A stretch of 64,000 bases of DNA from Kiritimatiellia bacterium. GTDB lineage: Bacteria > Verrucomicrobiota > Kiritimatiellia > CAIVKH01. The notes under the pieces were generated by a model. It saw nothing but the letters and a program-made list of their open reading frames with translations. It was not told the DNA's origin and made no database searches. Position numbers and translations under genes: made by a program. The stretch spans positions 10,882-74,881 of the forward strand of contig DAOLDD010000012.1 of assembly GCA_035327585.1 (NCBI GenBank), in the 5' to 3' direction. The number at the start of each line of letters is the position of its first letter. The stretch's first letter is position 1. Below are positions 48,300 through 58,694 of this stretch, piece by piece.

Positions 48300-50537
48300 G
48301 TGCGTGACCTTCGCGCTATGATGAGATCAACGTTGACGCATCAATGGATTGCTCACCCCGACCAGTGTCTGAGCGACTGGCGCCAACCCGTCCGGCCTGC
48401 GCCGCTCTTCAGGCGCGAAATTTTCCTCGCCGCTCCGCCTCGTCTCGCCCGCTTGCGCATATGCGGACTCGGGTTCCATGAACTCCGCATCAACGGGGAA
48501 AAGGTCGGAGACCATGTGCTTGATCCGATCGTCACCCAGTATGACCGGCGCGTACGTTATGTTGTTCACGATGTGACGGCACATTTGCGGGAAGGCATCA
48601 ACGCCCTGGGCGTCATGCTGGGCAACGGCTGGTACAATTGCTTCACGCCCGATGTCTGGCACTTCGATAAAGCGGCGTGGCGCGACTATCCCAAACTCTG
48701 GCTGGAGTTGCAGGTTGAGGATATTCACGGCGAATGCACCACGCTCTGTACCGACAAACACTGGCGGGTGGGGGATGGCCCCGTACGCGTTGACGGCTTG
48801 CGCAGCGGGGAAACCTACGACGCTCGCGAGGAGCGTCCCGGTTGGGATGCGCCGGGCTTTGACGATTCACGCTGGCTTGTCGCCCGCGTCGTTCCTGCGC
48901 CAGGCGGTGTCCTCGAGGAGCAGACATCGCCTCCGTGCAAGATCGTGGATACCCTTGTGCCGATTTCCGTCCGCGAAATCCGGCCCGGTGTCGCCGTGTA
49001 CGACATGGGCGTCAATATCGCGGGGTGGGCCCGGTTGCACGTGGCGGGCGAGCCGGGCCAGGAAATCGTGCTGCGGTATGGGGAGCGTCTGAAAGACACC
49101 GGCGAGCTGGATCAAGGCCACATCGCCAGCTTCATCCTCGGCGGGGAATGTCAGACCGACCGCTATATTTGCAGGGGCGGCGAATCTGAAACCTGGGAGC
49201 CACGCTTTACGTATCATGGATTCCAATACGTTCAGGTGGAAGGTCTGAAGGGCGCGCCTTCGCTCGAAACGATCCGCGCCCGGGTCGTCCACACGGCTTT
49301 TGAATCCGCCGGTTCATTTGCGTGTTCCGATGAAACCGTAAATCGCTTGCAGATCTGCACCCGCCGCGCCTATCTCGGCAACTTCGTTGGCATCCCCACC
49401 GATTGTCCCCACCGCGAGAAAAACGGGTGGACGGGTGACGCCCATCTGGCGGCGGAAACGGGTTTGCTCAATTTCACCGCAGCCTCATCCTATCGGCAGT
49501 GGCTGCAGACCCTGGCCGATACCCAGCGGCCCAGCGGCCAGTTGCCGGGCATCGCGCCGTCCGCCGGATGGGGCTACAATTGGGGCTCCGGGCCGGCTTG
49601 GGATGCCGCCCTCGTGCTGATTCCCGGTTACATCCATCTCTATACCGGAGACGACAGCGTCATTCGCGAGCAGTACGACAACATCCGGCGCTATCTCGAT
49701 TTCTGCGCGAGCATGGCCGATGGCCATATCCTCGAATTCGGGCTCGGCGACTGGTGCTGCGCCCGTCCCGACCACATGCCGACCAACGCCCTCACGTCGA
49801 CGGCCTACTACCATGTTTTCGCCCGTGAAACCGCCCGCTATGCCCGGCTTCTCGGACACACCGCGGATGCGGTGGCCTGCGATGAACTGGCCGGCCAAAT
49901 TCGTCTCGCGTTTCACAACCGGTTTCACCGGGGCGATGGTCGTTACGACAACGGCAGCGTGACCGCGCAAAGTTGCGCCCTCTATCAAGGACTGGTCGAA
50001 GAGGGGCTGCGGGCGTCCGCGGCGCGGCGTCTGGCAGAGGCGGTTGAGGCATCCGGCGTCACCGCCGACTTTGGCATTCTTGGCGCGAAGTACACGCTCC
50101 GTGCGCTTGCCGAAAACGGGTTCGAGGAACTGGCCTTTCGCTTGATCACGCAGCCTGCTTATCCCGGTTGGGCCTGTTGGCTCGCACAGGGCGCCACCAC
50201 CCTTTGGGAAAACTGGAATGGCGCGGACAGCCGCAACCACATCATGTTTGGGGATATCAGCGCCTGGTTCATTCACTATCTCGGGGGCATCCGTCCCGAT
50301 CCAGAACAGCCTGGCTTCAAGCGCGTGATCTTCCGCCCCTGTTTTGTCGGGGGACTGTCCAGCGTGGAGGCTACCCATCGTTCGCCGCATGGGCTGATCC
50401 GCAGCGGGTGGAAACGTGAGGGCAAAACGATTCGACTGGATCTGGAGCTGCCCGTCGGCGTGGAGGCGGAGTGGAACGATCCGCCGTCCGGCGTCGCGTC
50501 CGGAATGCCCTCCGGCCAACACGTGTTCACATTTTGA
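48300..50537 (+). CDS. Alpha-L-rhamnosidase (GH78)
   Basis: Bacterial rhamnosidase N-terminal beta-sandwich domains plus an (alpha/alpha)6 catalytic domain with the GH78 signature GIPTDCPHREKNGWTGDAHL. 745 aa. Confidence 0.8.
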   Translation: MRDLRAMMRSTLTHQWIAHPDQCLSDWRQPVRPAPLFRREIFLAAPPRLARLRICGLGFHELRINGEKVGDHVLDPIVTQYDRRVRYVVHDVTAHLREGINALGVMLGNGWYNCFTPDVWHFDKAAWRDYPKLWLELQVEDIHGECTTLCTDKHWRVGDGPVRVDGLRSGETYDAREERPGWDAPGFDDSRWLVARVVPAPGGVLEEQTSPPCKIVDTLVPISVREIRPGVAVYDMGVNIAGWARLHVAGEPGQEIVLRYGERLKDTGELDQGHIASFILGGECQTDRYICRGGESETWEPRFTYHGFQYVQVEGLKGAPSLETIRARVVHTAFESAGSFACSDETVNRLQICTRRAYLGNFVGIPTDCPHREKNGWTGDAHLAAETGLLNFTAASSYRQWLQTLADTQRPSGQLPGIAPSAGWGYNWGSGPAWDAALVLIPGYIHLYTGDDSVIREQYDNIRRYLDFCASMADGHILEFGLGDWCCARPDHMPTNALTSTAYYHVFARETARYARLLGHTADAVACDELAGQIRLAFHNRFHRGDGRYDNGSVTAQSCALYQGLVEEGLRASAARRLAEAVEASGVTADFGILGAKYTLRALAENGFEELAFRLITQPAYPGWACWLAQGATTLWENWNGADSRNHIMFGDISAWFIHYLGGIRPDPEQPGFKRVIFRPCFVGGLSSVEATHRSPHGLIRSGWKREGKTIRLDLELPVGVEAEWNDPPSGVASGMPSGQHVFTF

Positions 50538-50581
50538 CAAACGCGAATTGGAAACGTCGACGCTGTCCGTCGCCGGGCCGA

Positions 50582-51760
50582 CTACAGTTTCCGGTTCGCG
50601 CGGATCAGGGCAATGCGCTGGCGGACGCTTTTCGCGGAACGTAATCCGTCGGGCGGCGTGTTCTTCACGTAATCGAGCAGGCGTTCAATTGAACTCGTGG
50701 CGACGTGCAGCCGCGTGTCGGACGACGCGTAGTAGATCAACACGCGGCCATCCGGTTGCGCCACCCAGCCGTTGCTGAACACGACGTTCGAGACGTCGCC
50801 GATGCGTTCCGCGCCGTCCGGCGCGATGAAGTAGCCGGCGGGTTTTGCGATGACGCGGGTGGGGTCCGCCAGGTCCGTGAGGAACAGGTAGAGCACATAG
50901 CGCAGGCCCGCCGCCGTGTTGCGTACCCCGTGGGCGAGGTGCAGCCAGCCTTCCGCCGTTTTGATCGGCGCGGGGCCCTGGCCGTTTTTCAGCTCGCTGA
51001 TCGTGTGGTAGACGCGCCGGTCGATGATGGTTTCCGCGCCGGTGACGGCCTTTTCCATCGAGTCGCAGAGCGCCCAACCGATGCCGCCGCCGCTGCCGGT
51101 GTCGATGAAGCCGTCCTGCGGCCGGGTGTAGAGCGCGTATTTGCCGCCGACGAATTCCGGGTGCAGCACGACGTTGCGCTGTTGGGCCGACGGCGTCTTG
51201 ACATCGGCCAGTCGCTCCCATGTTTTCAGGTCGCGCGTACGCACCACACCGCACTGCGCGACGGCGCTCGACTGGTCCGACGGCGGCGCGGCGGGATCGC
51301 GGCGCTCGGTGCAGAACAGGCCGTAAATCCAGCCGTCCTCGTGGCGCACAAGGCGCATGTCGTAGACGTTGGTGTCCGGGTCGTTGGTCTCGGGGATGAC
51401 GCAGGGTTCGTCGAAGAAGCGGAAGTTGTCGATGCCGTTCGGCGACCAGGCCATCGCGAAGAAACTCTTGCGGTCCCAGCCCTCGACGCGGACGCAGATC
51501 GCCACGCCGCCGTTCCATTCGATCGCCCCCGCGTTGAACGCCGCGTTGACGCCGAGGCGCTCGAGCAGGAATGGATTGGAGGCCGGATTGAGGTCGTAAC
51601 GCCACTCGAGCGGGATGTGGGCCGCGGTGACCACCGGGTGGGCGTAGCGTTCATAGACGCCGTTGTCCCAGGCGGGATCCACCGCATTTGTTTTGGCGAG
51701 CAGGGTTTCGTGCGTGGCGCGCAGGCGCGCGAGTCGTTCGGCGAAGGGTGGTGTATTCAT
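50582..51760 (-). CDS. Glycoside hydrolase family 130 protein (second copy)
   Basis: Start at the internal ATG 51760 (cat at 51758-51760), since the 668-aa track ORF's N-terminus overlaps the divergent GH27 gene. 392 aa. GH130 regions (YERYAHPVV, GWIYGLFCTERRD, LIYYASSDTR). Confidence 0.75.
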   Translation of the reverse strand: MNTPPFAERLARLRATHETLLAKTNAVDPAWDNGVYERYAHPVVTAAHIPLEWRYDLNPASNPFLLERLGVNAAFNAGAIEWNGGVAICVRVEGWDRKSFFAMAWSPNGIDNFRFFDEPCVIPETNDPDTNVYDMRLVRHEDGWIYGLFCTERRDPAAPPSDQSSAVAQCGVVRTRDLKTWERLADVKTPSAQQRNVVLHPEFVGGKYALYTRPQDGFIDTGSGGGIGWALCDSMEKAVTGAETIIDRRVYHTISELKNGQGPAPIKTAEGWLHLAHGVRNTAAGLRYVLYLFLTDLADPTRVIAKPAGYFIAPDGAERIGDVSNVVFSNGWVAQPDGRVLIYYASSDTRLHVATSSIERLLDYVKNTPPDGLRSAKSVRQRIALIRANRKL

Positions 51761-51913
51761 GGCGTTTGTTGGAGGGGAGAATAATTGGGAATGGCGCGGA
51801 ATCAATTCAAACAACATCGTACATTGCGCTGCGTTGCTGGAGAAGAATGACCCGCACATGCGAGCTGCTTGTATCCCCGGGACGCGCGTGCTATTCATGA
51901 CGGCACATACGCC

Positions 51914-53401
51914 ATGAAGAAAAAAACAGCACCCGTCGCTCATCCGCCGCGTTTGAATGGCGCGCGCGTATTCGGTTGCCGCCCCGGCGCACCGATTCAA
52001 TTCCGCCTCGCCGCTTCCGGCACGGGGCCCCTCTACTTCGACGTGGAACGCCTGCCGCGGGGACTGCGGCTCGACGCGCGGACGGGGCAGCTCAGCGGCA
52101 GCCTGCGCGAACCCGGTCGCCACACGCTGGCGATTCGGATTTCCGGGCCCGGCGGCCATTGCGATTCCGCCGTCGTGGTTCACTGCGGAGCGCGCATCGC
52201 GCTGACGCCACCGATGGGGTGGAACTCGTGGAACTGCTGGGCCGCGTCGGTCTCGCAAGAGAAGGTGCTGACCTCCGCGACGGCGATGGCGAATTTGCTC
52301 CTGCCGCACGGGTGGAACAGCGTCAACATCGACGACGCCTGGCAGGGCGAGCGCAGCCGTCGCGCCCCTTATGCGCTGCAGCCGAATGAAAAATTTCCCG
52401 ACATGGCCGGCCTTGCCGACGCGATCCACGGCATGGGGCTGCGGATGGGCATCTATTCGACGCCCTGGGCCACGAGTTATGCCGGCTTCCGCGGTGGCTC
52501 GGATGATCACCCGCGCGGCCAAAGCCGCCTCCCGGCCTGTCCCGATTGCTGGTGGGAGCGCCGCGCCGCGTTTTATCACGGATTGCATTCGTTCGCCGCC
52601 GCCGATGCCCGCCAGTGGGCCGCGTGGGGCGTCGACTATCTTAAATACGATTGGTATCCGAACGATGTCGCCTCGACACGCGCGATGGACGAGGCGCTCC
52701 GCGCGTCCGGCCGTGACATCGTGCTCTCCCTATCGAATACGCTGTCTTTTGAGGGCGTGTTTCACACCCTGCCGCACGCGCAGGTCTGGCGCACCACCGG
52801 CGACATCGTGGACGAATGGTCGCGCGGATCGGCGTCGCACCAGGGCTTCCAGGGCATCGCCGACATCATCCGTCACCATGCGCCGTATCACGTGTATCAG
52901 AAACCGGGGCACTGGAATGACCCGGACATGCTGGTGCTGGGCCAGGTGGGCTGGGGGCCCAACCTGCACCCCACGCGCCTGACGCAGGTCGAACAACTCA
53001 CGCACTTCGCCACGTGGTGTCTTTGGTCGGCCCCGCTGCTCATTGGCTGCCCGCTCGACCGGCTGGATCCGTTTACGCTGGCGCTGCTGACCAATGATGA
53101 GTTAATCGACCTGAATCAGGACGCGTGCGGCGTGCAGGCGTATCCCATTCAGCAATCCAAGGACACCCTGATCCTGCGCAAGCCGCTGGCCGGTGGTTCG
53201 GTGGCCTTCGGACTGCTGAACTTCGGCGAGAGCCCGCGCGAGATGACGTTGGACCGGAAGCTCGCGGAACTCCTCACTGGCGACTACCAGTTGCGCGACC
53301 TCGTCGCGCGCCAGGACCTCGGCGCCCTCGGCCCGCGCATCGGCGTCGACGTCGAACCCCACGGCATTCGCGTCGTGCGTTGCACGCCCACTGCCGCATA
53401 G
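51914..53401 (+). CDS. Alpha-galactosidase (GH27) with an N-terminal extension
   Basis: GH27 signatures PMGWNSWN, IDDAWQ, DYLKYD. C-terminal beta-sandwich. Confidence 0.8.
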   Translation: MKKKTAPVAHPPRLNGARVFGCRPGAPIQFRLAASGTGPLYFDVERLPRGLRLDARTGQLSGSLREPGRHTLAIRISGPGGHCDSAVVVHCGARIALTPPMGWNSWNCWAASVSQEKVLTSATAMANLLLPHGWNSVNIDDAWQGERSRRAPYALQPNEKFPDMAGLADAIHGMGLRMGIYSTPWATSYAGFRGGSDDHPRGQSRLPACPDCWWERRAAFYHGLHSFAAADARQWAAWGVDYLKYDWYPNDVASTRAMDEALRASGRDIVLSLSNTLSFEGVFHTLPHAQVWRTTGDIVDEWSRGSASHQGFQGIADIIRHHAPYHVYQKPGHWNDPDMLVLGQVGWGPNLHPTRLTQVEQLTHFATWCLWSAPLLIGCPLDRLDPFTLALLTNDELIDLNQDACGVQAYPIQQSKDTLILRKPLAGGSVAFGLLNFGESPREMTLDRKLAELLTGDYQLRDLVARQDLGALGPRIGVDVEPHGIRVVRCTPTAA

Positions 53402-53413
53402 CGGTTCGGCGTG

Positions 53414-54247
53414 TCAGCGGCTCTTCACACGGTGGAGCGTACGGTAGGCGGAGGCGGGGAGGCCGTTTTCACGGCGGAAGCGGCGGGAGAAGTAGAGCGG
53501 ATCGGGAAAGCCCAGCTGCGGTGCGATGGCTTTGATGGGGATGGCGGTTTCCGCGAGCAGGCGGCATGCTTCGCGCATGCGGTTTTGCATGATGTAGCGG
53601 TGCGGCGGCAGGCCGTAACGTCGCGCCCAGCGCCGGCGAAACGTCATGGGCGAGAGGTGGTGATCGCGCGCCAGTTGGTCGATGTCGTGGTCGCGGTCCA
53701 ACTGGCGGACGAGCAGGTCGTGAATGCGCGAGACGGCGTCCTCCGGCGCGCCGCCCGGGAGTTCCGGTCCACCGAGCAGCGCCTCGAGGATCAGACGCTC
53801 GCAAACCGCATCGAAACGATCCGCCATGCCTGGCGCATCCGCCTCGCGCAGGTGCGCGAGCAGCCACGCCGTCTGCTCGCCAATCATCCGGCTGGAGCGG
53901 ATCGGCCAGACGGGGCGATCAGCGGGCCTGAATCCCCAGCGCGCCGCCGCGTCGGCCGCCGTGATTTCGTAGATCAGGAACAGCTCCTCCCAGGCGCCGC
54001 CGCGCGCGGGTCCATAGTCCATCGTTGCCCCCGGCCATTGCAGAATCAGCGCGGGCGCCTCCACCGCGAATTCACGGCCGCCGTACCGATAGGCGCCGCG
54101 GCCCGATAGGATGAACGAGAAGTTCACGGTGCTGAACGCGCGCCGCACGTGGCTTCGCTTGCGCGCGATGTAGCCCACGCTGCTGACCCGGTTCCCGCCG
54201 GGAAACCGGCGCGGCAGGGGCCGCAGGTGAATGAAAATTTCGTCCAT
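53414..54247 (-). CDS. AraC-family transcriptional regulator
   Basis: Start at the internal Met (MDEIF). Cupin-like N-domain and AraC HTH (YFSRRFRRENGLPASAYR). Divergent from the ThuA / SASA / GH1 genes. Confidence 0.75.
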   Translation of the reverse strand: MDEIFIHLRPLPRRFPGGNRVSSVGYIARKRSHVRRAFSTVNFSFILSGRGAYRYGGREFAVEAPALILQWPGATMDYGPARGGAWEELFLIYEITAADAAARWGFRPADRPVWPIRSSRMIGEQTAWLLAHLREADAPGMADRFDAVCERLILEALLGGPELPGGAPEDAVSRIHDLLVRQLDRDHDIDQLARDHHLSPMTFRRRWARRYGLPPHRYIMQNRMREACRLLAETAIPIKAIAPQLGFPDPLYFSRRFRRENGLPASAYRTLHRVKSR

Positions 54248-54290
54248 ATGGTTGAAATAAACGGCTATTTCGTTTGAAAAGCAAACCGTT

Positions 54291-55016
54291 ATGGTGATGG
54301 AAATGTCTAACAATCAGGAAAACACGATGAGCGCATCCGACAAACCGATCCGCAATGCCCTGGTCGTCTGGGGCGGCTGGGATGGCCACACGCCCGAACA
54401 GTCCGCCAACGTTTTCGTCCCGTTCCTGCGCGAGCAGGGGTTCGAGGTGCAGGTGGAGCAGGGGATCGCCGCCTACGCCGACGCGGAGCGCATGCAGCGC
54501 ATGGACCTCGTGGTGCAGTGCGTGACGATGAGCACGATCAAGCCGGAAGAGCGCAAGGGGCTGTGCGAGGCGGTGGCCGCAGGCACGGGCTTCGCGGGCT
54601 GGCACGGCGGCATCATCGATTCCTTCCGCCAGGAAACCGAGTACCAATTCATGACCGGCGCGCAGTGGGTCGCGCATCCCGGCAACTGCATCCCGTCCTA
54701 CTCCGTGCAGGTCGTCGACCCGGGGCACGAAATCACGCGCGGGATCAACGCCTTCGAACTGCGCGACACGGAGCAATATTACATCCACGCCGACCCGGGC
54801 CTGCACGTGCTCTGCACGACGCGGTTCAGCGGGGAGCACGGCGACGCGACGCGCTATCCGGCGGGCGTGATCATGCCTTACGCCTACACCCGGCGCTGGG
54901 GTGCGGGCCGCGTGTTCGTGGCCTGTTGGGGCCACACGTTCAAGGATTTCGACGTGCCGGAGGCGCGGACGATCGTGCAGCGCGGCCTGCTGTGGTCCGC
55001 GCGCGAAAATGCCTGA
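54291..55016 (+). CDS. ThuA-like (trehalose-utilisation; class-I glutamine amidotransferase-like fold) protein
   Basis: ThuA-family features (ALVVWGGWDGH, GWHGGIID, RVFVACWGHT). The alternative start is ATG 54327. Confidence 0.65.
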   Translation: MVMEMSNNQENTMSASDKPIRNALVVWGGWDGHTPEQSANVFVPFLREQGFEVQVEQGIAAYADAERMQRMDLVVQCVTMSTIKPEERKGLCEAVAAGTGFAGWHGGIIDSFRQETEYQFMTGAQWVAHPGNCIPSYSVQVVDPGHEITRGINAFELRDTEQYYIHADPGLHVLCTTRFSGEHGDATRYPAGVIMPYAYTRRWGAGRVFVACWGHTFKDFDVPEARTIVQRGLLWSARENA

Positions 55017-55284
55017 GTTCGTTTCCCGCGCACAATATTTGATCGCACATGAAACGTATCGGAATCGCGGTCTGAGGCACCTATCTCAGGCTTCTTTCCA
55101 AAGAATCGTGCCGGCGCCTTCGCGCAGACCGAGACGCTGGACTCGGTGTATTTCCTTCGCCTATTCTATATCCATGCGTGTGATAAATCGCATATCGTGC
55201 TTTTGAATACGTATGCGGACACAGTTCATGCGTGGTTGCGCCGTGTGCGCACGGATCATCTGAAAACCCGGAAGGAATGAACCC

Positions 55285-56655
55285 ATGGATGCGAAACAGG
55301 GCATTGTGATTGAGAGCGGGCTCTGGCCTGGAATCGTGTTGCAGCGCAGCGCGAAGGGCGTTTCCGATGCGCGGATCACCGGTGCGTGTCGCGGACGCGG
55401 CCCGTGGCGCGTGCGCATAACAAGGAAGGGGCGCGCCCTTCCGGGCATTACCGTCTCCGTTTCGCGCGTCGGTGGAAACCGCTTCCAACTTCGACTCAAG
55501 GGCGTGCCCTGCGGCGGGCCGTACCGGGTTGAACTCGCTGCGGGCGCGTCGGTGCTCGCCGTGGACGAGGTCTATGTGGGCGATGTCTGGCTGTTGGGTG
55601 GCCAGTCGAATATGGAGGGGCTTGGCTTTTTACGTGACGCGGGACGTCCGCACCCGATGGTGCGCGCGTTCACGATGGATGACCGGTGGGGCGTCGCGCG
55701 CGATCCGCTGCACATGTTGAGCATTGCGGTTGATCCGGTTCACGGCGGCAATCCCGGCGGTAAACCTCCGGCAAAACTGGTCAAGGGCGTCGGTCCCGGT
55801 CTCTACTTCGGCATCGACATGTGGAAGCGGACGGGCGTTCCGCAGGGGCTGATTGCGTGCGCTCATGGCGGTACGTCGATGGCGCAGTGGGATCCGGCCC
55901 GGCGCGACGAAGGTGGACGGAGTCTTTACGGCGCGATGGTGCGTCGCCTGCGCAAGAACGGCGGGCGCGTCGCCGGGCTGCTCTGGTACCAAGGCGAGTC
56001 GGATGCGAATGCCGAAACGGGACCGCTTTACCATGATCGCATGGTGAATCTGATCCGTGCGATTCGCCGCGACACGGGCGATGCGCGGCTGCCGGTCGCC
56101 ATGGTTCAGATATCCCGCGTGGCGGGCTGGCTGCCGGATACCGAGGTCGCCTGGAATGCGCTCCAGGAGGCGCAGCGTTTGCTGCCGCTTTCCGTCAAGC
56201 GCCTGCACGTGGTGCCCGCGATCGACCTGACGCTGGACGACGGTATTCACATCAGCGGGCGCTGCCAGAAACGCCTGGGACGGCGGCTCGCGGAAGCGAT
56301 GGATGTGCTCCGGCGCGGAGCGAAGGCCGGATTGCCGCCGATCACACTGCGGCGGGTGTCGGCGCGCGTCCATCCCGAGACGGGGCAGAATGTGTTGTCG
56401 TTCGAGTTTGACCATGTGCGCGGAAGTCTGCGGGCGGGTGGCCGCCCACTCGGGTTCGCCGCGCTGATGCCGGACGGTCGCGACATGGTATATGACGTGC
56501 AATTGCACCGGAACCGTGTGGATGTGGTGATTGATGTCGCGTCCAGCGAGAATACATCGCTCGCGATCCATTACGGGTTGGGTCACAACCCGGCGTGCAC
56601 CATTACGGATGCCGGCGATCGATCGCTGCCGGCGTTCGGACCCTTGCGCGTATAA
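55285..56655 (+). CDS. Sialate-O-acetylesterase-like (SASA/DUF303) SGNH-type carbohydrate esterase
   Basis: GDVWLLGGQSNMEG and LLWYQGESD motifs, characteristic of SASA-domain acetylesterases. Confidence 0.7.
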   Translation: MDAKQGIVIESGLWPGIVLQRSAKGVSDARITGACRGRGPWRVRITRKGRALPGITVSVSRVGGNRFQLRLKGVPCGGPYRVELAAGASVLAVDEVYVGDVWLLGGQSNMEGLGFLRDAGRPHPMVRAFTMDDRWGVARDPLHMLSIAVDPVHGGNPGGKPPAKLVKGVGPGLYFGIDMWKRTGVPQGLIACAHGGTSMAQWDPARRDEGGRSLYGAMVRRLRKNGGRVAGLLWYQGESDANAETGPLYHDRMVNLIRAIRRDTGDARLPVAMVQISRVAGWLPDTEVAWNALQEAQRLLPLSVKRLHVVPAIDLTLDDGIHISGRCQKRLGRRLAEAMDVLRRGAKAGLPPITLRRVSARVHPETGQNVLSFEFDHVRGSLRAGGRPLGFAALMPDGRDMVYDVQLHRNRVDVVIDVASSENTSLAIHYGLGHNPACTITDAGDRSLPAFGPLRV

Positions 56656-56807
56656 GCCCCGCGGGGTCGAGCCCGTGGCGCGGTGGAAACACTGCCTTCG
56701 AATTTTTGAGTGACGTAACTGCACTCGGATATCGTATACTATTTCGCCAAACGGGCGGGCTCCCGCGCAGTCCCTCCGCACGTCAACACCGACAGGAGAT
56801 TGAACAA

Positions 56808-58169
56808 GTGAAAACCGGATTCCCGAAGAACTTTGCCTGGGGCGCCGCGACGGCGGCCTATCAGATCGAGGGCGCGGCCCGCGAGGATGGCCGCGGACCA
56901 TCCGTGTGGGACATGTTCTGCCGCAAGCCGGGCGCGACCTGGTACGGCCATTCCGGCGATGTCGCGTGCGATCACTATCACCGCTGGAAGGAGGACATCG
57001 GTTTGATGAAGGCGATCGGCCTCAAGGCGTACCGGATGTCGGTCTCGTGGCCGCGCGTGCTCCCGCAGGGTGTGGGGCGGGTGAATGCGAAGGGCCTCGG
57101 ATTCTACGACAAACTGGTGGACGGGCTGCTCGCGGCGGGCATCACGCCGTACATCACCCTGTTCCACTGGGATTTTCCGTATGAACTCTACTGCCGCGGC
57201 GGCTGGCTGAACCGGGACAGCGCCGATTGGTTCGCCGACTACACGCAGGTTGTCGTGGACAAGCTCGGCGACCGGGTGAAGCACTGGATCACGCTCAACG
57301 AGCCGCAATGCTTCATCGGTATTGGTCATTATTCCGGCATCCACGCACCCGGCGACAAACTGTCGTGGGGCGAGGTGCTGCGTGCGGGGCACCATGCGAT
57401 GCTCGCGCATGGACGTTCGGTGCAGGTGCTGCGCGCGAAGGGCGGGAAGGCGTTCACCATCGGCTACGCGCCGGTGGGCTGGTCGAAATATCCGGCGAGC
57501 GAGCGGGCCGCGGATCAACGGGCCGCCCGCAAGGCGATGTTTTCCGTGAAGGCGGATGATTACTGGAACAACACCTGGTGGATGGATCCGATCCTGAAGG
57601 GCGCCTATCCCGAAGACGGGATGAAGGTTTATGAAAAGCATCTCAACTTCATCCAGCCGGGCGACCTGAAGATCATGCGTACGCCGATCGATTTTCTGGG
57701 CCTGAATATTTATGCCGGCGAGAAAATCCGCGCGAACCGCGAGGGCCTGCCGGAGGTGGTCCAGCAGCCGGTGGGTCAGGGATTGACGGCCTTTTACTGG
57801 TTCGTCACGCCCGATGCGCTGGGGTGGACCGTGAAGGAATTCCACGCGCGGTACGGCAAGCCGATCATCATCACGGAAAACGGCATGGCGAATTGCGACT
57901 GGGTGGCGCTCGACGGGCGCGTGCACGACCCGCAGCGCATCGACTTCACGATGCGCTACCTGCGCGCGTTGCGTGGGGCGATCGCCGCGGGTGCGGATGT
58001 GCGCGGCTACTTCCACTGGTCGCTGATGGACAACTTCGAGTGGGGCGAGGGCTACAAGCAGCGATTCGGTTTGATCCATGTGGATTATCCGACCGGCAAG
58101 CGTACGCCCAAGGATTCCGCCGCGTGGTACGGCGACGTGATCCGCAGCAACGGCGCGACGCTCGGTTGA
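56808..58169 (+). CDS. GH1 beta-glucosidase/beta-galactosidase family enzyme
   Basis: GTG at 56808 preceded by caggagat. FAWGAATAAYQIEG N-terminal signature, the acid/base TLNEP and the nucleophile ITENG. Confidence 0.85.
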   Translation: MKTGFPKNFAWGAATAAYQIEGAAREDGRGPSVWDMFCRKPGATWYGHSGDVACDHYHRWKEDIGLMKAIGLKAYRMSVSWPRVLPQGVGRVNAKGLGFYDKLVDGLLAAGITPYITLFHWDFPYELYCRGGWLNRDSADWFADYTQVVVDKLGDRVKHWITLNEPQCFIGIGHYSGIHAPGDKLSWGEVLRAGHHAMLAHGRSVQVLRAKGGKAFTIGYAPVGWSKYPASERAADQRAARKAMFSVKADDYWNNTWWMDPILKGAYPEDGMKVYEKHLNFIQPGDLKIMRTPIDFLGLNIYAGEKIRANREGLPEVVQQPVGQGLTAFYWFVTPDALGWTVKEFHARYGKPIIITENGMANCDWVALDGRVHDPQRIDFTMRYLRALRGAIAAGADVRGYFHWSLMDNFEWGEGYKQRFGLIHVDYPTGKRTPKDSAAWYGDVIRSNGATLG

Positions 58170-58176
58170 CCCGCGG

Positions 58177-58464
58177 ATGAACGACCCTTCAGTGACAACG
58201 GCGCCGTGCGCAGGCGCGGAGACGGTCCGGCTCCATATGTGTGGCGAGGTGGCGTCCATCGTGCGCCGCGCCCGCGAGTTGAAGGCCTTCGCGAAGGCCC
58301 GGCCGGCGCCGGGCGCGGCGCAGCGCGTTGCATTCGAGCTGGGTCGCCGCGAACTGGGCGTCTGGAATCCCGGGATGCGTTTCGGCGCCGAGCCGGGCCG
58401 CGCGCGGATCGAGGTCGCCGTGGGCGACGGGACCCTTGTGCAGGCCGCGTTGGTCATTGTGTGA
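58177..58464 (+). CDS. Small hypothetical protein (95 aa)
   Basis: ORF only. No recognisable domain. Could be non-coding. Confidence 0.25.
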   Translation: MNDPSVTTAPCAGAETVRLHMCGEVASIVRRARELKAFAKARPAPGAAQRVAFELGRRELGVWNPGMRFGAEPGRARIEVAVGDGTLVQAALVIV

Positions 58465-58694
58465 CTGCCGAAAACGGCACAAATATAGCCAGCGTGGGTA
58501 TATTTGAACCCCCGGTCGCGAGGCCGGCCGGAGCGGCCGGCAAGCTCGCGGATTTCTCACCTGAAAATCACTGGATACATTACCATAAACTAGGTAAGGT
58601 AAGCATGGATTGAGCACCAGATTCGGGCGGGGTTCGGAATGGGTTTGGGGCGTTTAAAGGTTGTTTCGTCCGTCAGGGTGGGAGGGTTTTGCGC

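Noticed and set aside
51761-52588. Upstream 275 codons of the 668-aa minus-strand ORF (50582..52588)
   Set aside because: This part overlaps the divergent GH27 gene start region and is Arg/Ala/Gly-rich junk. The GH130 homology begins at MNTPPFAERL (ATG complement at 51758-51760).
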